Of a stretch of DNA of 64,000 nt, positions 1 through 12,445 are shown piece by piece; the first letter of the stretch is position 1, and each line of letters opens with the position of its first letter. The DNA is from Lytechinus variegatus (Eukaryota), in NCBI RefSeq assembly GCF_018143015.1, contig NC_054742.1, positions 58,284,853-58,348,852 of the forward strand. The letters run 5' to 3'. The translations under genes and the position numbers were made by a program. The notes beneath the pieces were generated by a model. That model was not told the DNA's origin and made no database searches. It saw nothing but the letters and a program-made list of their open reading frames with translations.

Positions 1-129
1 CAAACGACAGGTGTAAATTAATAACAAATCACAAGAGCAACAGGATGATCGAGTCAGCAATACACAGGCACCGAACTAGAAGGGCTGCTAGTAGTAGACT
101 ATTCCTATTTGATTATAGACAAAATGAAT

Positions 130-530
130 ATTGGACCTATTGATGATTAGACCAAATGATTGTTAGAAAAAATGGGTTGAGACTAAGTGACAGTGGATCA
201 ACTGCAGTTGGACCAAATTGAACATAGACAAAATGAAAGTAGACTAATTGGTCATTGGCCCATTTGCCCTTAGACCAATTGGCAAATGGACTTAATGGTA
301 ATAGACATACTGTAATGAAAATTGGACCGTGACAAAATGGCAAAAATTGTAATTAGACAAAATGAAAATAGACGAAATGGTTATTAGACCAACTAGCTAT
401 TGGACATAATGGTAATTGGAAGATTTGGGAAACAACTGATTTTAGAAGAAATGACATACCATTTGGTGAGTGGGCAAAATGGCAGTGGATGAAATGGCAA
501 TAAACCTACTGTAGGCCTACGGTAGAATTT
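130..530. repeat. Degenerate tandem repeat (~20-bp units of the type 'AAATGG(N)ATTAGACC')
   Basis: AATGG..ATTAGAC motifs recur at regular spacing. Confidence 0.6.
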
Positions 531-963
531 AGGTGTTTTGAGAGTTAAATTCTGAATGAACTGCTTTTGCTGGTAAGACATGCACCAAGGATCTGTTTCT
601 TTTATCCATTTTATTTTCCACATTTGTTTTGTTTGATTTCAGTTTTCAGGAGGAAGCCCCCCCCCCATCCTGTGGAAGCCAATGGGGCTGGGGCTTAGAA
701 TAGTGCAAGATAGAGAGGGTAAACCTGAACTTTAGATATCAAAAGACAAACAAAGAATTGTAAAATGAAAATGAATGAAACAAAGACAGATAGAGAGAGA
801 GAGTGGGTGAACTTTCGAGGGGCATAGGAAAGTCTGAGATTAGAAACAACGTTTTTGTTTATTTTTTTATTCATTTATTCTGTTTTCTTTACCCAGGGTA
901 GACTCTTGAGTACAAAACTGCTTTACAAGAGAGCACTGCACATCTACATGTATTTATCAGCAT

Positions 964-1676
964 TAATCCCATCTAGGCCTGGGGGCCTCGGAGGCCCCCC
1001 CCCCCCCTCAACGAATCGCGTGATATTTTCGTCGTGCGAAATTTTCTGACCGCGCCGCTCGCTGACTTTTTACTTTCAAGTCTTGCGCAACTTTTGAGAC
1101 CAATTTTGCGTCACCCGGGTACATGGTTCCGAAATTACGCAACATTATGTAAGTGCATGTCAGACCGAAAATTGCTCAAAAATTGTGTTTTCAACCAAAA
1201 TTCATAAATGTATGATTATTTTTAGTTTTTCTAGTCTAAATGTATTCATTTTATGCTTTTTATGATCACAGAAGAGTCCCCAACAAATTTCATTGAAAAA
1301 ACAATGAAAAACATAAGAAATTGCAATAAACAACATAATACATAAGAAAATGATTTGATATCACAATTTTTTTCATGTACACTTGCTAAGGACACCACAA
1401 AGAGTTTCTATACCAAAAATTAGTACATTTGGAGCTTTATTTAGGGAGTTAAAGGGAAAAGTATGATTTCGCATACTAATTACGCATAAATTAGCGTAAT
1501 AACTTAATAGCGATTCGCATGAAATAAATTACTATACAGTCTTGTAGATTATGCTCCAGGCAACCCGCGTGCCGATTTTCCGCGCGGTCGACGGCTGAGA
1601 TCTTGGGGGGGGGGCCTGGGAGCCCCCCCCCCCGGCCATAGGAACTCCAAAAATACCCAGGCCTAGATAGGGTTAA
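964..1676 (+). mobile_element. MITE-A, a non-autonomous DNA transposon (~710 bp). Its terminal inverted repeats are TTAATCCCATCTAGGCCTGGGGG... and ...CCCAGGCCTAGATAGGGTTAA, with internal poly-C/poly-G tracts. The TTAA-flanked CCC...GGG termini are piggyBac-like.
   Basis: The terminal inverted repeat is read directly from the sequence. A second, inverted copy is present at 9851-12272. Confidence 0.7.
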
Positions 1677-2343
1677 TGGTTTACATAATTTCTAAAATTA
1701 GCGCAAAGCTCTGGCTGAAAATGTGTGATATTCCAACCAGAAATATTGGCATTTTAAGTGTATAAGCCCCTGCCACCCACAGGAGGGCAGAGGGGGCCTT
1801 CCCGCCTATGCTTATTTAAAACAAGTCCCTCCTGCTCGGAGTGAACGAGTCGCTCCCTCACACATATTCAAAAATATTTTGACTAACCTGCCTTTCTTTT
1901 TGATCGGTTGCTTTGCTCCTTCACATACCCTAACAATTTTTTTCTCCTCTACATTTTCTTCTGCTTGGTCACTTCGCTCCCTCTGACATATTCCCAAAAT
2001 ATATTGGCCCCTGCATTTTTCATATATCCCTAAATAATTTTCTGCTCTGTCGCTTCGCTCCCTTGCACATTTCACAAAATGTTTTGCCCCCTCCCCCTGC
2101 ATTTTTTTTTTCTGCAGACATCCATGTCCAGTCCAAACTCTCTATCTCTTTCTCAAATACCTTGGACTGATGGGGAGGGGGGGGGGGTTGCTTTGGATAT
2201 GAGAGTGACTGAACAGTTGAAAATCAGTGAAATATTTGGCTTTTTTTCTTTTGTTAGTATTATCTGTGCGAGTGTATCTTACAAACAGTTTATACCAATT
2301 TCATTATATAAGACATACAAGTATTCTGAGAAATACCAACAGA

Positions 2344-3374
2344 AACAAGTGGAATGCCTCTGGCCTTCTCTCGCCTGCATTACGCGATTCGATATAGCAG
2401 TAGTACTGACTTTGAAAACAGCTAGTACATAATTATTCACAAAAGAATACTATGTCCATTGACCCAAGATGATTTTTGACCATGATCATATGACCTAAGA
2501 CATGTGCAAAACAATTATTTATACTTGATTACCTTATGTCTATGTTTCATGAACTACATGTGTAGATCCATACACTTTCTAAGTTAAAATGCAAATTCAA
2601 CAAATATACCCAACACAGCAAATTTCATTGACCCTAAATGACCTTTGATTTTGGTCATGTGTCCAGAAACAAGCACAAAATATTCAGGAATACATGGTTA
2701 CTCTAATGTCCCATGAACTAGATCTATAAACTTTAAAGTTATGACAATTCCACCAACCCCCCCTCCACATTATCAAAGTTCATTGTCCCTACATGACCTT
2801 TGACCTAGATCATGTTATATGAAACTTGCACAAGATGTTCAGGGATACTTAATTGATCTTAGTCTAAGTTACATGAACTAGATCTCTAAAATGACAGTTA
2901 TGACAATTCCTCAAGTACGCCAACATGGTCAAAGTTCGTTGACCAAAGTGACCTTTGACCTTGGTCAAGTGACCTGAAATTCAGGCAGGATCTTCAGTTA
3001 TACACTATCACCTTATGTCCAAGTTTCATGAACTAGGTCCATACAATCTAGAAGTTATGATATTTCAAATACTTAACCTTGGTTAAGATTTTGATATTGA
3101 TTCCCCCAACATAGTCCAAGTTCATTGACCCTAAATGACCTTTGACCTTGGTCATGTGACCTGACACTCAGGCAGGATGTTCAGTAAGACTGATTACCTT
3201 TACATGTATGTCCGAGTTTCATGTGCTAAGTCTATATATTTTCTACGTTATGATGACTTATGATTTCAAAACTCTAACTTGGTAAAGATTTTAATGTTGA
3301 CGACTCCGCCGTCATTGGAAAAGCGACGCCTATAGTCTCACTCTGCTATGCCGGCGAGGCAAAACCCAGATTCT
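2344..3374 (+). mobile_element. Composite element copy 1. It has an ~80-bp head (AACAAGTGGAATGCCTCTGGCCGTCTCACCTGCAT...), five to six tandem units of ~170 bp (core GACCTTTGACCTTGGTCATGTGACCTGAAA), and a tail (...GCGGCGCCTATAGTCTCACTCTGCTATGCAGGTGAGACAAAA). Head and tail form a 13-bp inverted repeat, GTCTCACCTGCAT / ATGCAGGTGAGAC.
   Basis: There are four copies with the same head, array and tail architecture. Confidence 0.7.
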
Positions 3375-4105
3375 TCCTTATTGTCCAAATCCTTAAAAAA
3401 ATTATGGTAATTTGGCTCTTTCTATATTACCGTCAGTCCCATGAACTAGATCTATAAACTTTAAGTTATGACAATTCCACCATACCCCCCCTCCACATTA
3501 TCAAAGTTCATTGTCCCTACATGACCTTTGACCTAGATCATGTTATATGAAACTTGCACAAGATGTTCAGGGATACTTAATTGATCTTAGTCTAAGTTAC
3601 ATGAACTAGATCTCTAAAATGACAGTTATGACAATTCCTCAAGTACGCCAACATGGTCAAAGTTCGTTGACCAAAGTGACCTTTGACCTGGTCAAGTGAC
3701 CTGAAATTCAGGCAGGATCTTCAGTTATACACTATCACCCTTATGTCCAAGTTTCATGAACTAGGTCCATACACTCTAGAAGTTATGATATTTCAAATAC
3801 TTAACCTTGGTTAAGATTTTGATATTGATTCCCCCAACATAGTCCAAGTTCATTGACCCTAAATGACCTTTGACCTTGGTCATGTGACTTGACACTCAGG
3901 CAGGATGTTCAGTAAGACTTGATTACCTTTACATGTATGTCCGAGTTTCATGTGCTAAGTCTATATATTTTCTACGTTATGATGACTTATGATTTCAAAA
4001 CTCTAACCTTGGTAAAGATTTTAATGTTGACGACTCCGCCGTCATTGGAAAAGCGACGCCTATAGTCTCACTCTGCTATGCCGGCGAGGCAAAACCCAGA
4101 TTCTT
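3375..4105 (+). repeat. Tandem duplicate (~730 bp) of the last four units plus tail of composite copy 1
   Basis: Region 2700-3374 is repeated nearly identically at 3424-4100. Confidence 0.75.
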
Positions 4106-4769
4106 CCTTATTGTCCAAATCCTTAAAAAAAATTATGGTAATTATGCTCTTTCTATATTACCGTCATTCTTAATTCATCTTTTTTTTCTATATCAACAGC
4201 TCATTCTTAATTGTCACCTTGCTCTATCCTGTTCTATTCTTCAGTCAGCTTGCCATCATTCCTTCTTTTCACAAACTTTTTTATCTTCTGCCATTCTAAG
4301 TCAGAATGAATATACTGTAAGACATCATTCGCAAACATTCCTATTTAATGAATTCACTTTTGTTACATGCCCAGTGATAAACTATTTCAAATAATCAGAA
4401 TGCACACAGTGTAAATTATTTGTTGTAAAGTTGTGCAAATTATGTTTGTCCAAACTTAACAGCAAGTACATGTGATCTACACTACAGGATTTCTGTGTGG
4501 TCTTCGGCCTCTTCTCCAAGTTTTTATAACAGTCCATTATTGGTGTTAACTTCCACTTTACTCCTCTTGGACTTTCTGGTATTGAGTAGTAGTGGTCCTC
4601 GAGAAATGAAGGTGCTGAAGACTTTGGTACAGGTGTCTTTGCAGTATCTGGGAGGGTGTTTGCAAAATCGAAATTCTTTCCAGGAATTCCTTGGTTTGGG
4701 TCATTTCTGTACGAGACAAATTAGAAAAAAGAAACATTTAAGAAAAAAAGATATCAAACAAAAGGGAAG

Positions 4770-5300
4770 GTGGTTATTTTCAAGATGGCGTCCAAGATGG
4801 CCGTCACTCAGTATCCACCATAGAATCCCATTTAGTTCGATTTTCATGGTCTATGGGGTAAACAAAATTGTTGATACAGGCTAGAGTGAATCATACATGT
4901 AATCCTTCCAATGTGATTGGCAAATCCAAGATGGCGCCCAAAATGGCTACCATAGGTTAAAAATCCACAATTCATCTAATTTGCTTTTATTTGGTTCTTA
5001 TTCAATGGTTTTAAGGGTGAAGTAGTACATTGGAACAAGTTACAAGGTCTGGTGTGTCCAAAAATCCAAGATGGTGTCCAAAATCCAAAGATGATCGATG
5101 GCTTCCCAAAATGGAGTTTAAAATGGCTGTTGAAAAATAAATTGGACATAGTTCTTTCATATCCACCTGGGACATAATGATTTTGGTTTCTAGACCAGGT
5201 TTCCAATGGTCAAATAAGACATTGGGATAAGTTACAAGGACAGTCGGTTCAAAAATCCAAGATGACTTCCAAAAATGGATTATAAATATTGCTGTTGCTA
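4770..5300. repeat. Array of the 'CCAAGATGGC..AAAATGGCTG' satellite family (~150-160-bp units)
   Basis: Tandem units are present. Related arrays lie at 6440-7780, 9340-9830, 12285-12445 and 13440-13900. Confidence 0.65.
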
Positions 5301-5306
5301 CTTTAA

Positions 5307-6409
5307 AACAAGTGGAATGCCTCTAGCCGTCTCACCTGCATCACGCGATTCAACATAGCAGCAGTGCTGACTTTGAAAACTACTTAACTCGCACAAGAAG
5401 TTCAGTGATACTTGGTTACTCTTATTTCCACATTTTATGAACTAGACCAATACACTTACAGAGATAGGATGGTAATTCAACAAATACCCCAAGGTTGCCA
5501 AAATTCACTGACCTAACATGACCTTTGACCTTGATCATGTGACCTGAAACTTGCACAGGATATTCAGTGATACTTGATTACTCTTATGTCCAAGTTTCAA
5601 AAGTCAGATCAATAAACTTGCAAAGTTATGATGGTAATTCAACAGATACCCCCATTATGGCCAAAGTTCATTGACCTTTGACCTTGTTAATGTGACCTAA
5701 AATGCGCACAGGATGTTCAGTGATACTTGATTACTCTTATGTCCAAGTTTTATGAACTAGACCAACATACTTTCAAAGTTATGATGGTAATTCAACAAAT
5801 ACCCCCAATTCGGCCAAAGTTTATTGACCCTAAATGACATTTGACCTTGATCATGTAACCTGAAACTTGCACAGGATGTTGAGTGATACTTAATTACTAT
5901 TATGTCCACGTTTCATGTATCAGATCCAAAAACTTTTAAAGTTTTGATTGTAATTCAACAGATGCCCCCAACTCGGCCAAAGTTCATTGACCTTAAATGA
6001 CCTTTGACCTTGGTCATGTGACGTGAAACTCATGCAGGATGTTTGGCGATACTTGATTAACCTTATGTCCAAGTTTAATGATCTAGGTCCATATATTTCC
6101 TAAGTTATGATGACATTTCAAAAACTTAACCTCAGGTTAAGATTTTGATGTTGATTCCTCCACATGGTCTAAGTTCATTGACCCTAAATGACCTTTGACC
6201 TTGGTCATGTGACATGAAACTCTAATAGGATGTTCAGTAATACTTGATCAACCTTATGGCCAAGTTTCATGAACTAGGTCCATATACTTTCTAAGTTATG
6301 ATGCCATTTCAAAAACTTAACCTCAGGTTAAGATTTGATATAGATGCCGCCGCCGCCGTCGGAAAAGCGGCGCCTACAGTCTCACTCTGCTATGCAGGTG
6401 AGACAAAAA
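5307..6409 (+). mobile_element. Composite head / tandem-array / tail element, copy 2
   Basis: Head at 5307 and tail at 6350-6409. Confidence 0.7.
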
Positions 6410-6439
6410 CGACAGTTTGCTCAATATCTAGAAATATGA

Positions 6440-7780
6440 TTTTTCTGTGTCTATAACATGGTTAGATGGGTCAAATAATACATTGGGACAAGATACAAGG
6501 AAAGTCAGTGGTCTGTAATGTGCAAAAATCTGAGATGGATCCAAAAATTAATTCTGAAACTGCTATTATTACTGAAAGCAGACATAGCTCATTTCATTTT
6601 GCCCTGGGAGTTGTGACTGTGATGTCTAAACCACTGGTTTCAATGGTCAAATAAAGTAATAGGATAAGTTACAAGGACAGTCAGTGGTCTGGTATGTCCA
6701 AAAATAGAAGATGGCTTCCAAAAACCGATCCTACAAAAAAGGCTGCTGATATTTAAAGCGGACATAGCTTATTTCATTTTGGCCTGGGATATGTGATTTT
6801 GTCTAAACCACTGGTTTCAAGGGTCAATTAATACATTAGGGCAAGTTACAAGTACATTTTGTGGCCTGGGTTGTCAAAAAATCTAAATTGGCTTAAAAAA
6901 ATTATTCTAAATTGACTGTTGTTACTTAAAGCAGACATTCATATCGGCCTGGGAGATGCGATTTTAGTGTCTGATTTCAAGGTTCAAAATAATACATTAG
7001 GACAAGTTATAAGAACATAATCTGGTCTGGTATGACCAAAAATCCAATATGGCTTCTAAAAATTGATTCTAAAGTGGCTGCTGATACTTAAATGTGACAT
7101 AGCTCATTTTATATCCACCGGTGATGTATGATTTTGGTGTCTAAACTATGGTTTCAAGGGTCAAATTATATAGGACAAGTTACAATGACACTCATTGGTC
7201 TAGTATGTTCAAAATTCCAAGATGGCTTCTAAAAATGGAGTGCAAAATGTCTGATGTTACCTTTTTTTTTAAGAAAAGGACATAGTTTGTTCAATATCTG
7301 TCTGGGGAATATGAGTTTGGTGTCTAAACTATGGTTTAAAGGGTCAAGTAATACACCAGGGTTAGTTACAAGACCAGTCAGTTGTCTGTATGTTAAAATC
7401 CAAGACGACTTTAAAAAAAAAAGTGGTGTAAATTGACTGTTTTTACTTAAAAGTGTAAATAGTTTATTAGAATTACACCTCGGAGGTATGATTTTGCCGT
7501 CTACACTAGAATTTTAAGGGTCAATTCGTGCATTGCGTTAAGATGAAAGGACAGTAAGGTGTCAGGTATGTCCAAAAAAAGAAGATGGCTTTTAAATAGG
7601 GGTATTAAATGACTGTTGTTACTTAAAAATGAATAAAGAACATTACAAATACACCTTGAGTGTATTATATTCGTGTCTACGCTAGGGTTTTAAGGGTTGA
7701 AAATACTTTGGGACTGGTTACCATGAATGCAGTTATCTACATGTACTTTCCTTCTAAAAGTTGGCTTCAAAAATGGGTTC
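6440..7780. repeat. About eight units (~160 bp each) of the 'GGGTCAAATAATACATTGGGACAAGTTACAAGGACAGTCAGTGGTCTGGTATGTCCAAAAATCCAAGATGGCTTCC' satellite
   Basis: A clear tandem periodicity with decaying similarity. Confidence 0.75.
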
Positions 7781-7849
7781 TAGATGAAAAAATTAAAATC
7801 CATAATTTATTGTTCAAAATAGACATGAAATGAAATACTCAGAAAATTT

Positions 7850-7995
7850 GCTTTGCCCAATTGATCATGGGCCCGGCAGCCACTATCCCTTTAATCGTTG
7901 AACGCCAAACAGGGTAGCTTGAACCCCCGACCTCCCAGTTGTGAAATAGGCGCTCTACCAACTGAGCCAACACACTGGTGTTGATGCTCATCAGG
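7850..7995 (-). mobile_element. tRNA-derived SINE head (minus strand)
   Basis: The reverse complement reads ...TGGCTCAGTTGGTAGAGCGCCT...GGTCGGGGGTTCAAGCTACCC, with pol-III A and B boxes. Confidence 0.5.
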
Positions 7996-8265
7996 GCCGT
8001 CACCAGCTTTTTTCTGGGGGGGGGGGGGGTGCTTTTTATGAAAAAAAACAAAAACACAAAAACAACGTATTAACTCAATTTCATGCAGTTATATAGCCCG
8101 CCGGCCCGAATGGATATAGAAAGTACATACTGGTCAACATGCCTATTGTTCCTCAATGCAGTTTCGGTGTCTGTGTGTCTTTTTCTTTTTTTTTGGGGGG
8201 GGGTTCTGAAGGGGGGTGCGTTCGCACCCTCCGCACCCCCCCCCCCTGGCGACGGCCCTGCTCAT
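7965..8265. mobile_element. Short inverted-repeat element (CAGGGCCGTCRCCAG ends next to G13 / C12 tracts)
   Basis: 7968-7990 is the reverse complement of 8237-8262. Confidence 0.4.
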
Positions 8266-8393
8266 AGTTCATACAATATCCACCTGTGAGAAATAATCTT
8301 GGTGCCTGCACTTATGCATGGGGATAAGTTGTTTCATGAGTTGGTAAACATACCCATTTTGATGAAAGCTTAGAATCCACCATGAGTTTTGAA

Positions 8394-9305
8394 ACAAATG
8401 GAATGCCTTTGGCGGTCTCAACTGCATCACGCGATTCTATATAGAAGCAGTGCCGACTTTGAAAACTACTATAACTCGCACAAGATGTTCAGTGATACTT
8501 GGTCACTATTATTTCCACGTTTTATGAACTAGACCAATACACTTAGAGATAGGATGGTAATTCAACAAATACCCCAACGTGTCCAAAGTTCATTGACCTC
8601 ACATGACCTTTGACCTTGAACATGTGACCTGAAACTTGCACAGGATATTCAGTGATACTGGATTACTCTTATGTCCAAGTTTCAAAAGTCAGATCCATAA
8701 ACTTTCAAAGTTATGATGGTAATTCAACAGATACCCCCATTATGGCCAAGGTTCATTGACCTTTGACCTTGGTCATGTGACCTAAAATGCGCACAGGATG
8801 TTCAGTGATACTTGATTACTCTTATGTCCAAGTTTTATGAACTAGACAAACATACTTTCAAAGTTATGATGGTAATTCAACAAATACCCCCAATTTGGCC
8901 AAAGTTCAATGATCCTAAATGACCTTTGACCTTGATCATGTGACCTGAAACTTGCACAGGATGTTCAGTGATACTTGATCACTATTATGTCCACTTTTCA
9001 TGTATCAGATCCAAAAACTTTTAAAGTTTTGATTGTAATTCAACAGATGCCCCCAAATCGGCCAAAGTTCATTGACCCTAAATGACCTTTGACCTTGGTC
9101 ATGTGACGTGAAACTCGTGCAGGATGTTTGGTGATACTTGATTAACCTTATGTCCAAGTTTAATGAACTAGGTCCATATATTTTCTAAGTTATGATGTCA
9201 TTTCAAAAATTTAACCTTAGGTTAAGATTTGATGTTGACGCCGTCGCCGCTGCCGTCGGAATAGCGGCGCCTTTAGTCTCACTCTGCTATGCAGGTGAGA
9301 CAAAA
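8394..9305 (+). mobile_element. Composite head / tandem-array / tail element, copy 3
   Basis: Head at 8394 and tail at 9240-9305. Confidence 0.7.
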
Positions 9306-9339
9306 ATGAAATATTTACCATCCTTGTTACTTGTCCAAA

Positions 9340-9830
9340 TATATTATTTGACCCTTTATACCAAATTTAGACACCAACATTATTTCTTATAGATAGATTA
9401 TGTACAACTCTGACCATTGAGAGATATGAGTCGTTTTAGATGTCTTTTTTGAAAACCATCTTAGATTTTTTATGCAAACTGGACAACTGCATATCAATGT
9501 GACCAGTCTAAACGCATAATTTTAAACATGAAACTTTAGTGTGGACACCGAAATCATATCTCCTTGGTGGATTTAAATAAACTATGTCCTTTTTTTAAAG
9601 TAACAGTAGTCATTTTAGACTCTGATTTTTGGAAGTCATCTCAGATTTTCGACATACTGGATGACCACAGACTGTCCTTGTACCTAATTTTCTGACTTTT
9701 AATACCATGGTAAAGACATAAAACCTTGGAGGATATTACATGACCTATGTCCATTTGTAAATGCCAGCGGCTAATATTATCTTTAAGGCCACCATGGAGT
9801 TAAAGACATAATTGTCCATCCATCATCCTT
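9340..9830. repeat. 'CCAAGATGGC' satellite family, inverted orientation
   Basis: It is the reverse complement of the 6440-7780 units. Confidence 0.55.
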
Positions 9831-9985
9831 GTAACATATTCTTATGTATTGTTTATGTTTAACCCTATCTAGGCCGGGGTATTTTGGGAGTTCATATGGC
9901 CGGGGGTGCCATGATCTCGGCCGTGGACCGTGCGATCGCGCCGAAAATTGGCACGCGGGGTTGCCTGGGACATAATCCCGGGGGG

Positions 9986-10486
9986 GCACTTACATTGACG
10001 AGTGGATATCATGCACGACCAAAAAACACGTAAAAAGGATGTCTTTTTCACGATAGGGCACGTTACGTACGTAACGTGATAAGGGTGTCAAAAACACAAA
10101 AATAATGAAAAAAGGGTATCTATTTCGCTAGGAAATTTACGTGTTTAGGGTCGAATTTGCGGGGATGATAAAACAAAATTAATTTGTTTTATAAAGGATA
10201 TCCTTTTTGCTCCAACACTTCGTGTTTAGAGTCCGATTTGCGCGAGGTGTAGAAGTAAAGCCGAAGACCGAAGGACCTGTAACAATAAGACATTCCTGTA
10301 CTTGTTTAGGGGTTCATTTCAGGGAATATTTGCCAAGAGTATCGTTTTGTTTCCAATACTTGTTAAGAGTAGGGTTTCACACGCCAATACTTGTTAAGGG
10401 GTGCATTTTCAGAATATGGAAATTACATGTTTAGGGTGCTTTTCGAGACCCCATGGTCGTGCATGGTATCCTCTCGTGAATGGAAG
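9986..10486. mobile_element. MITE-B (~500 bp), an hAT-like non-autonomous element. Its inverted termini are CCCGGGGGGGCACTTACATTGACGAGTGGATA... and ...CACTCGTGAATGGAAGTGGCCCCC, with an 8-bp target-site duplication ACATAATC.
   Basis: Terminal inverted repeat and target-site duplication are both read from the sequence. A second copy lies at 22655-23212. Confidence 0.7.
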
Positions 10487-10683
10487 TGGCCCCCTCAGGG
10501 ACATAATCTACTAGATTGTCTAGTAATTTATTTCATCCGAATCGCTATTAAGCGATAATGCTAATTTATGCGTAATTAGTATGCGAAATCATACTTTTTC
10601 CTCTAACTCCCTAAATAAAGCTCCAAATTTACTAATTTTTGGTATAGAAACTCTTTGTGGTGTTCTTAGCAAGTGTACATGGA

Positions 10684-11808
10684 AACAAGTGGAATGCCTC
10701 TGGCCGTCTCACCTGCATCACGCGGTTCAATATAGCAGCAGTGCTGACTTTGAATACTACTCTAACTCGCACAAGATGTTCAGTGATACATGGTTACCCT
10801 TATGTCCACTTTTTATGAACTAGACCAATAAACTTACAGAGATATGATGGTTATTCAACAAAAAACCCCAACATGGCCAAAGTTGAGTGACCTTACATGA
10901 CCTTTGACCTTGATCATGTGACCTGAAACTCGAACAGGATGTTCAGTGATACCTGATTACTCTTATGTACAAGTTTCATGAATCAGGTCCATAAACTTTC
11001 AAATTTATGATGGTAATTCAACAGATACACCAATTCGGCCAAAGTTAATTGACCTTTGACCTTGGTCATGTGACCTGAAACGCACACAGGATGTTCAGTG
11101 ATACTTGATTACTCTAATGTCCAAGTTTAATGAACTAGACCAATAAACTTTTAAAGTTATGATGGTAATTCAACAGATACCCCCGATTCGGCCAAAGTTC
11201 ATTGACCCTAAATGACCTTTGACCTTAATCATGAGACCTGAAACTTGCTCAAAACTTTCAGTGATGCTTGATTACTATTATGTCTAAGTTTCATGAATCA
11301 GATCCATAAACTTTCAAAGTTATGATGGGAATTCAACAGATATCCCCAATTCGGCCAAAGTTCATTGACCCTAAATGACCTTTGACCTTGGTCATGTGAC
11401 GTGAAACTCATGCAGGATGTTCAGTGATACTTGATTAACCTTATGTCCAAGTTTCATGAACTAGGTATATATATTTTCTAAGTTATGATGACATTTCAAA
11501 AACTTAACCTCAGGTTAAGATTTCGATGTTGAATCCTCCAACATGGTCTAAGTTCATTGACCCTAAATGACCTTTGACCTTGGTCATGTGACATGAAACT
11601 CTAATAGGATGTTCAGTAATACTTGATCAACCTTATGGCCAAGTTTCATGAACTAGGTCCATATACTTTCTAAGTTATGACGTCATTTCAAAAACTTAAC
11701 CTCAGGTTAAGATTTGATGTTGACGCCGACGCCGCCGTCGGAAAAGCGCCGCCGCCGTCGGAAAAGCGGCGCCTATAGTCTCACTTTGCTTCGCAGGTGA
11801 GACAAAAA
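10684..11808 (+). mobile_element. Composite element copy 4, inserted inside the inverted MITE-A copy
   Basis: Head at 10684. The tail has an internal CCGCCGTCGGAAAAGCG duplication. The flanks are contiguous MITE-A sequence. Confidence 0.7.
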
Positions 11809-12284
11809 TTGCGATATCAAATAATTTTCTTATGTATTTTATTGTTTTTTGCAATTTCTTATGTATTTTTCTTTTTGACCTTTCGTTTTTCATTGTTTTT
11901 TCAATGAAATTTATTGGGGACTCTTCTGTGATCATAAAAAGCAGAAAATAAATACATTTAGACCAGCAAAACTAAAAATAATCATACATTTATGAATTTT
12001 GCTTGAAAACACAATTTGCATTGACTTTGTACACGAAATCACGTTTTTGAGCAATTTTTGGTCCAACATGCACTTACAAAATGTTACGTAATTTTGGAAC
12101 CACGTACCCGGGTGACTTAAAGTTGGTCTCAAAAGTTGCGCAAGACTTGAAAGTAAAAAGTCAGCGAGCGGCACGGTCAAAAAATTTTGCACACCGAAAA
12201 TATTGCGCGATTTGTTGAGGGGGAGGGGCCTCCGAGACCCCCCCCCCCCGCCTAGATAGGGATAACCCATTTAACAATGGTATA

Positions 12285-12445
12285 GGCACAAAAATCATAT
12301 TCCGGATATTGAACAAACTATGACATTGGGTTTTTTTTAAGTAGCAACAGCATTTCTTACTCCTTGGATTTTTGAACATACCTGACCACTGAGTGTTGTC
12401 CCAATGTATTATTTGACCATTGAAACCATGATCTAGACAACAAAA
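12285..12445. repeat. Single unit of the 'CCAAGATGGC' satellite family
   Basis: Similar to the 6440-7780 units. Confidence 0.5.

Larger units (their letters stand above)
9851..12272 (-). mobile_element. Inverted copy of MITE-A, interrupted by two nested insertions (MITE-B at 9986-10486 and composite element copy 4 at 10684-11808)
   Basis: Region 9851-9985, then 10487-10683, then 11809-12272 are in turn the reverse complement of 1676 back to 1000. Confidence 0.75.

Noticed and set aside
2344-11808. A CRISPR-like array, suggested by the regular ~170-bp repeats
   Set aside because: This is a eukaryotic genome. The units are long, diverged and embedded in elements with inverted termini. There is no repeat-spacer architecture.
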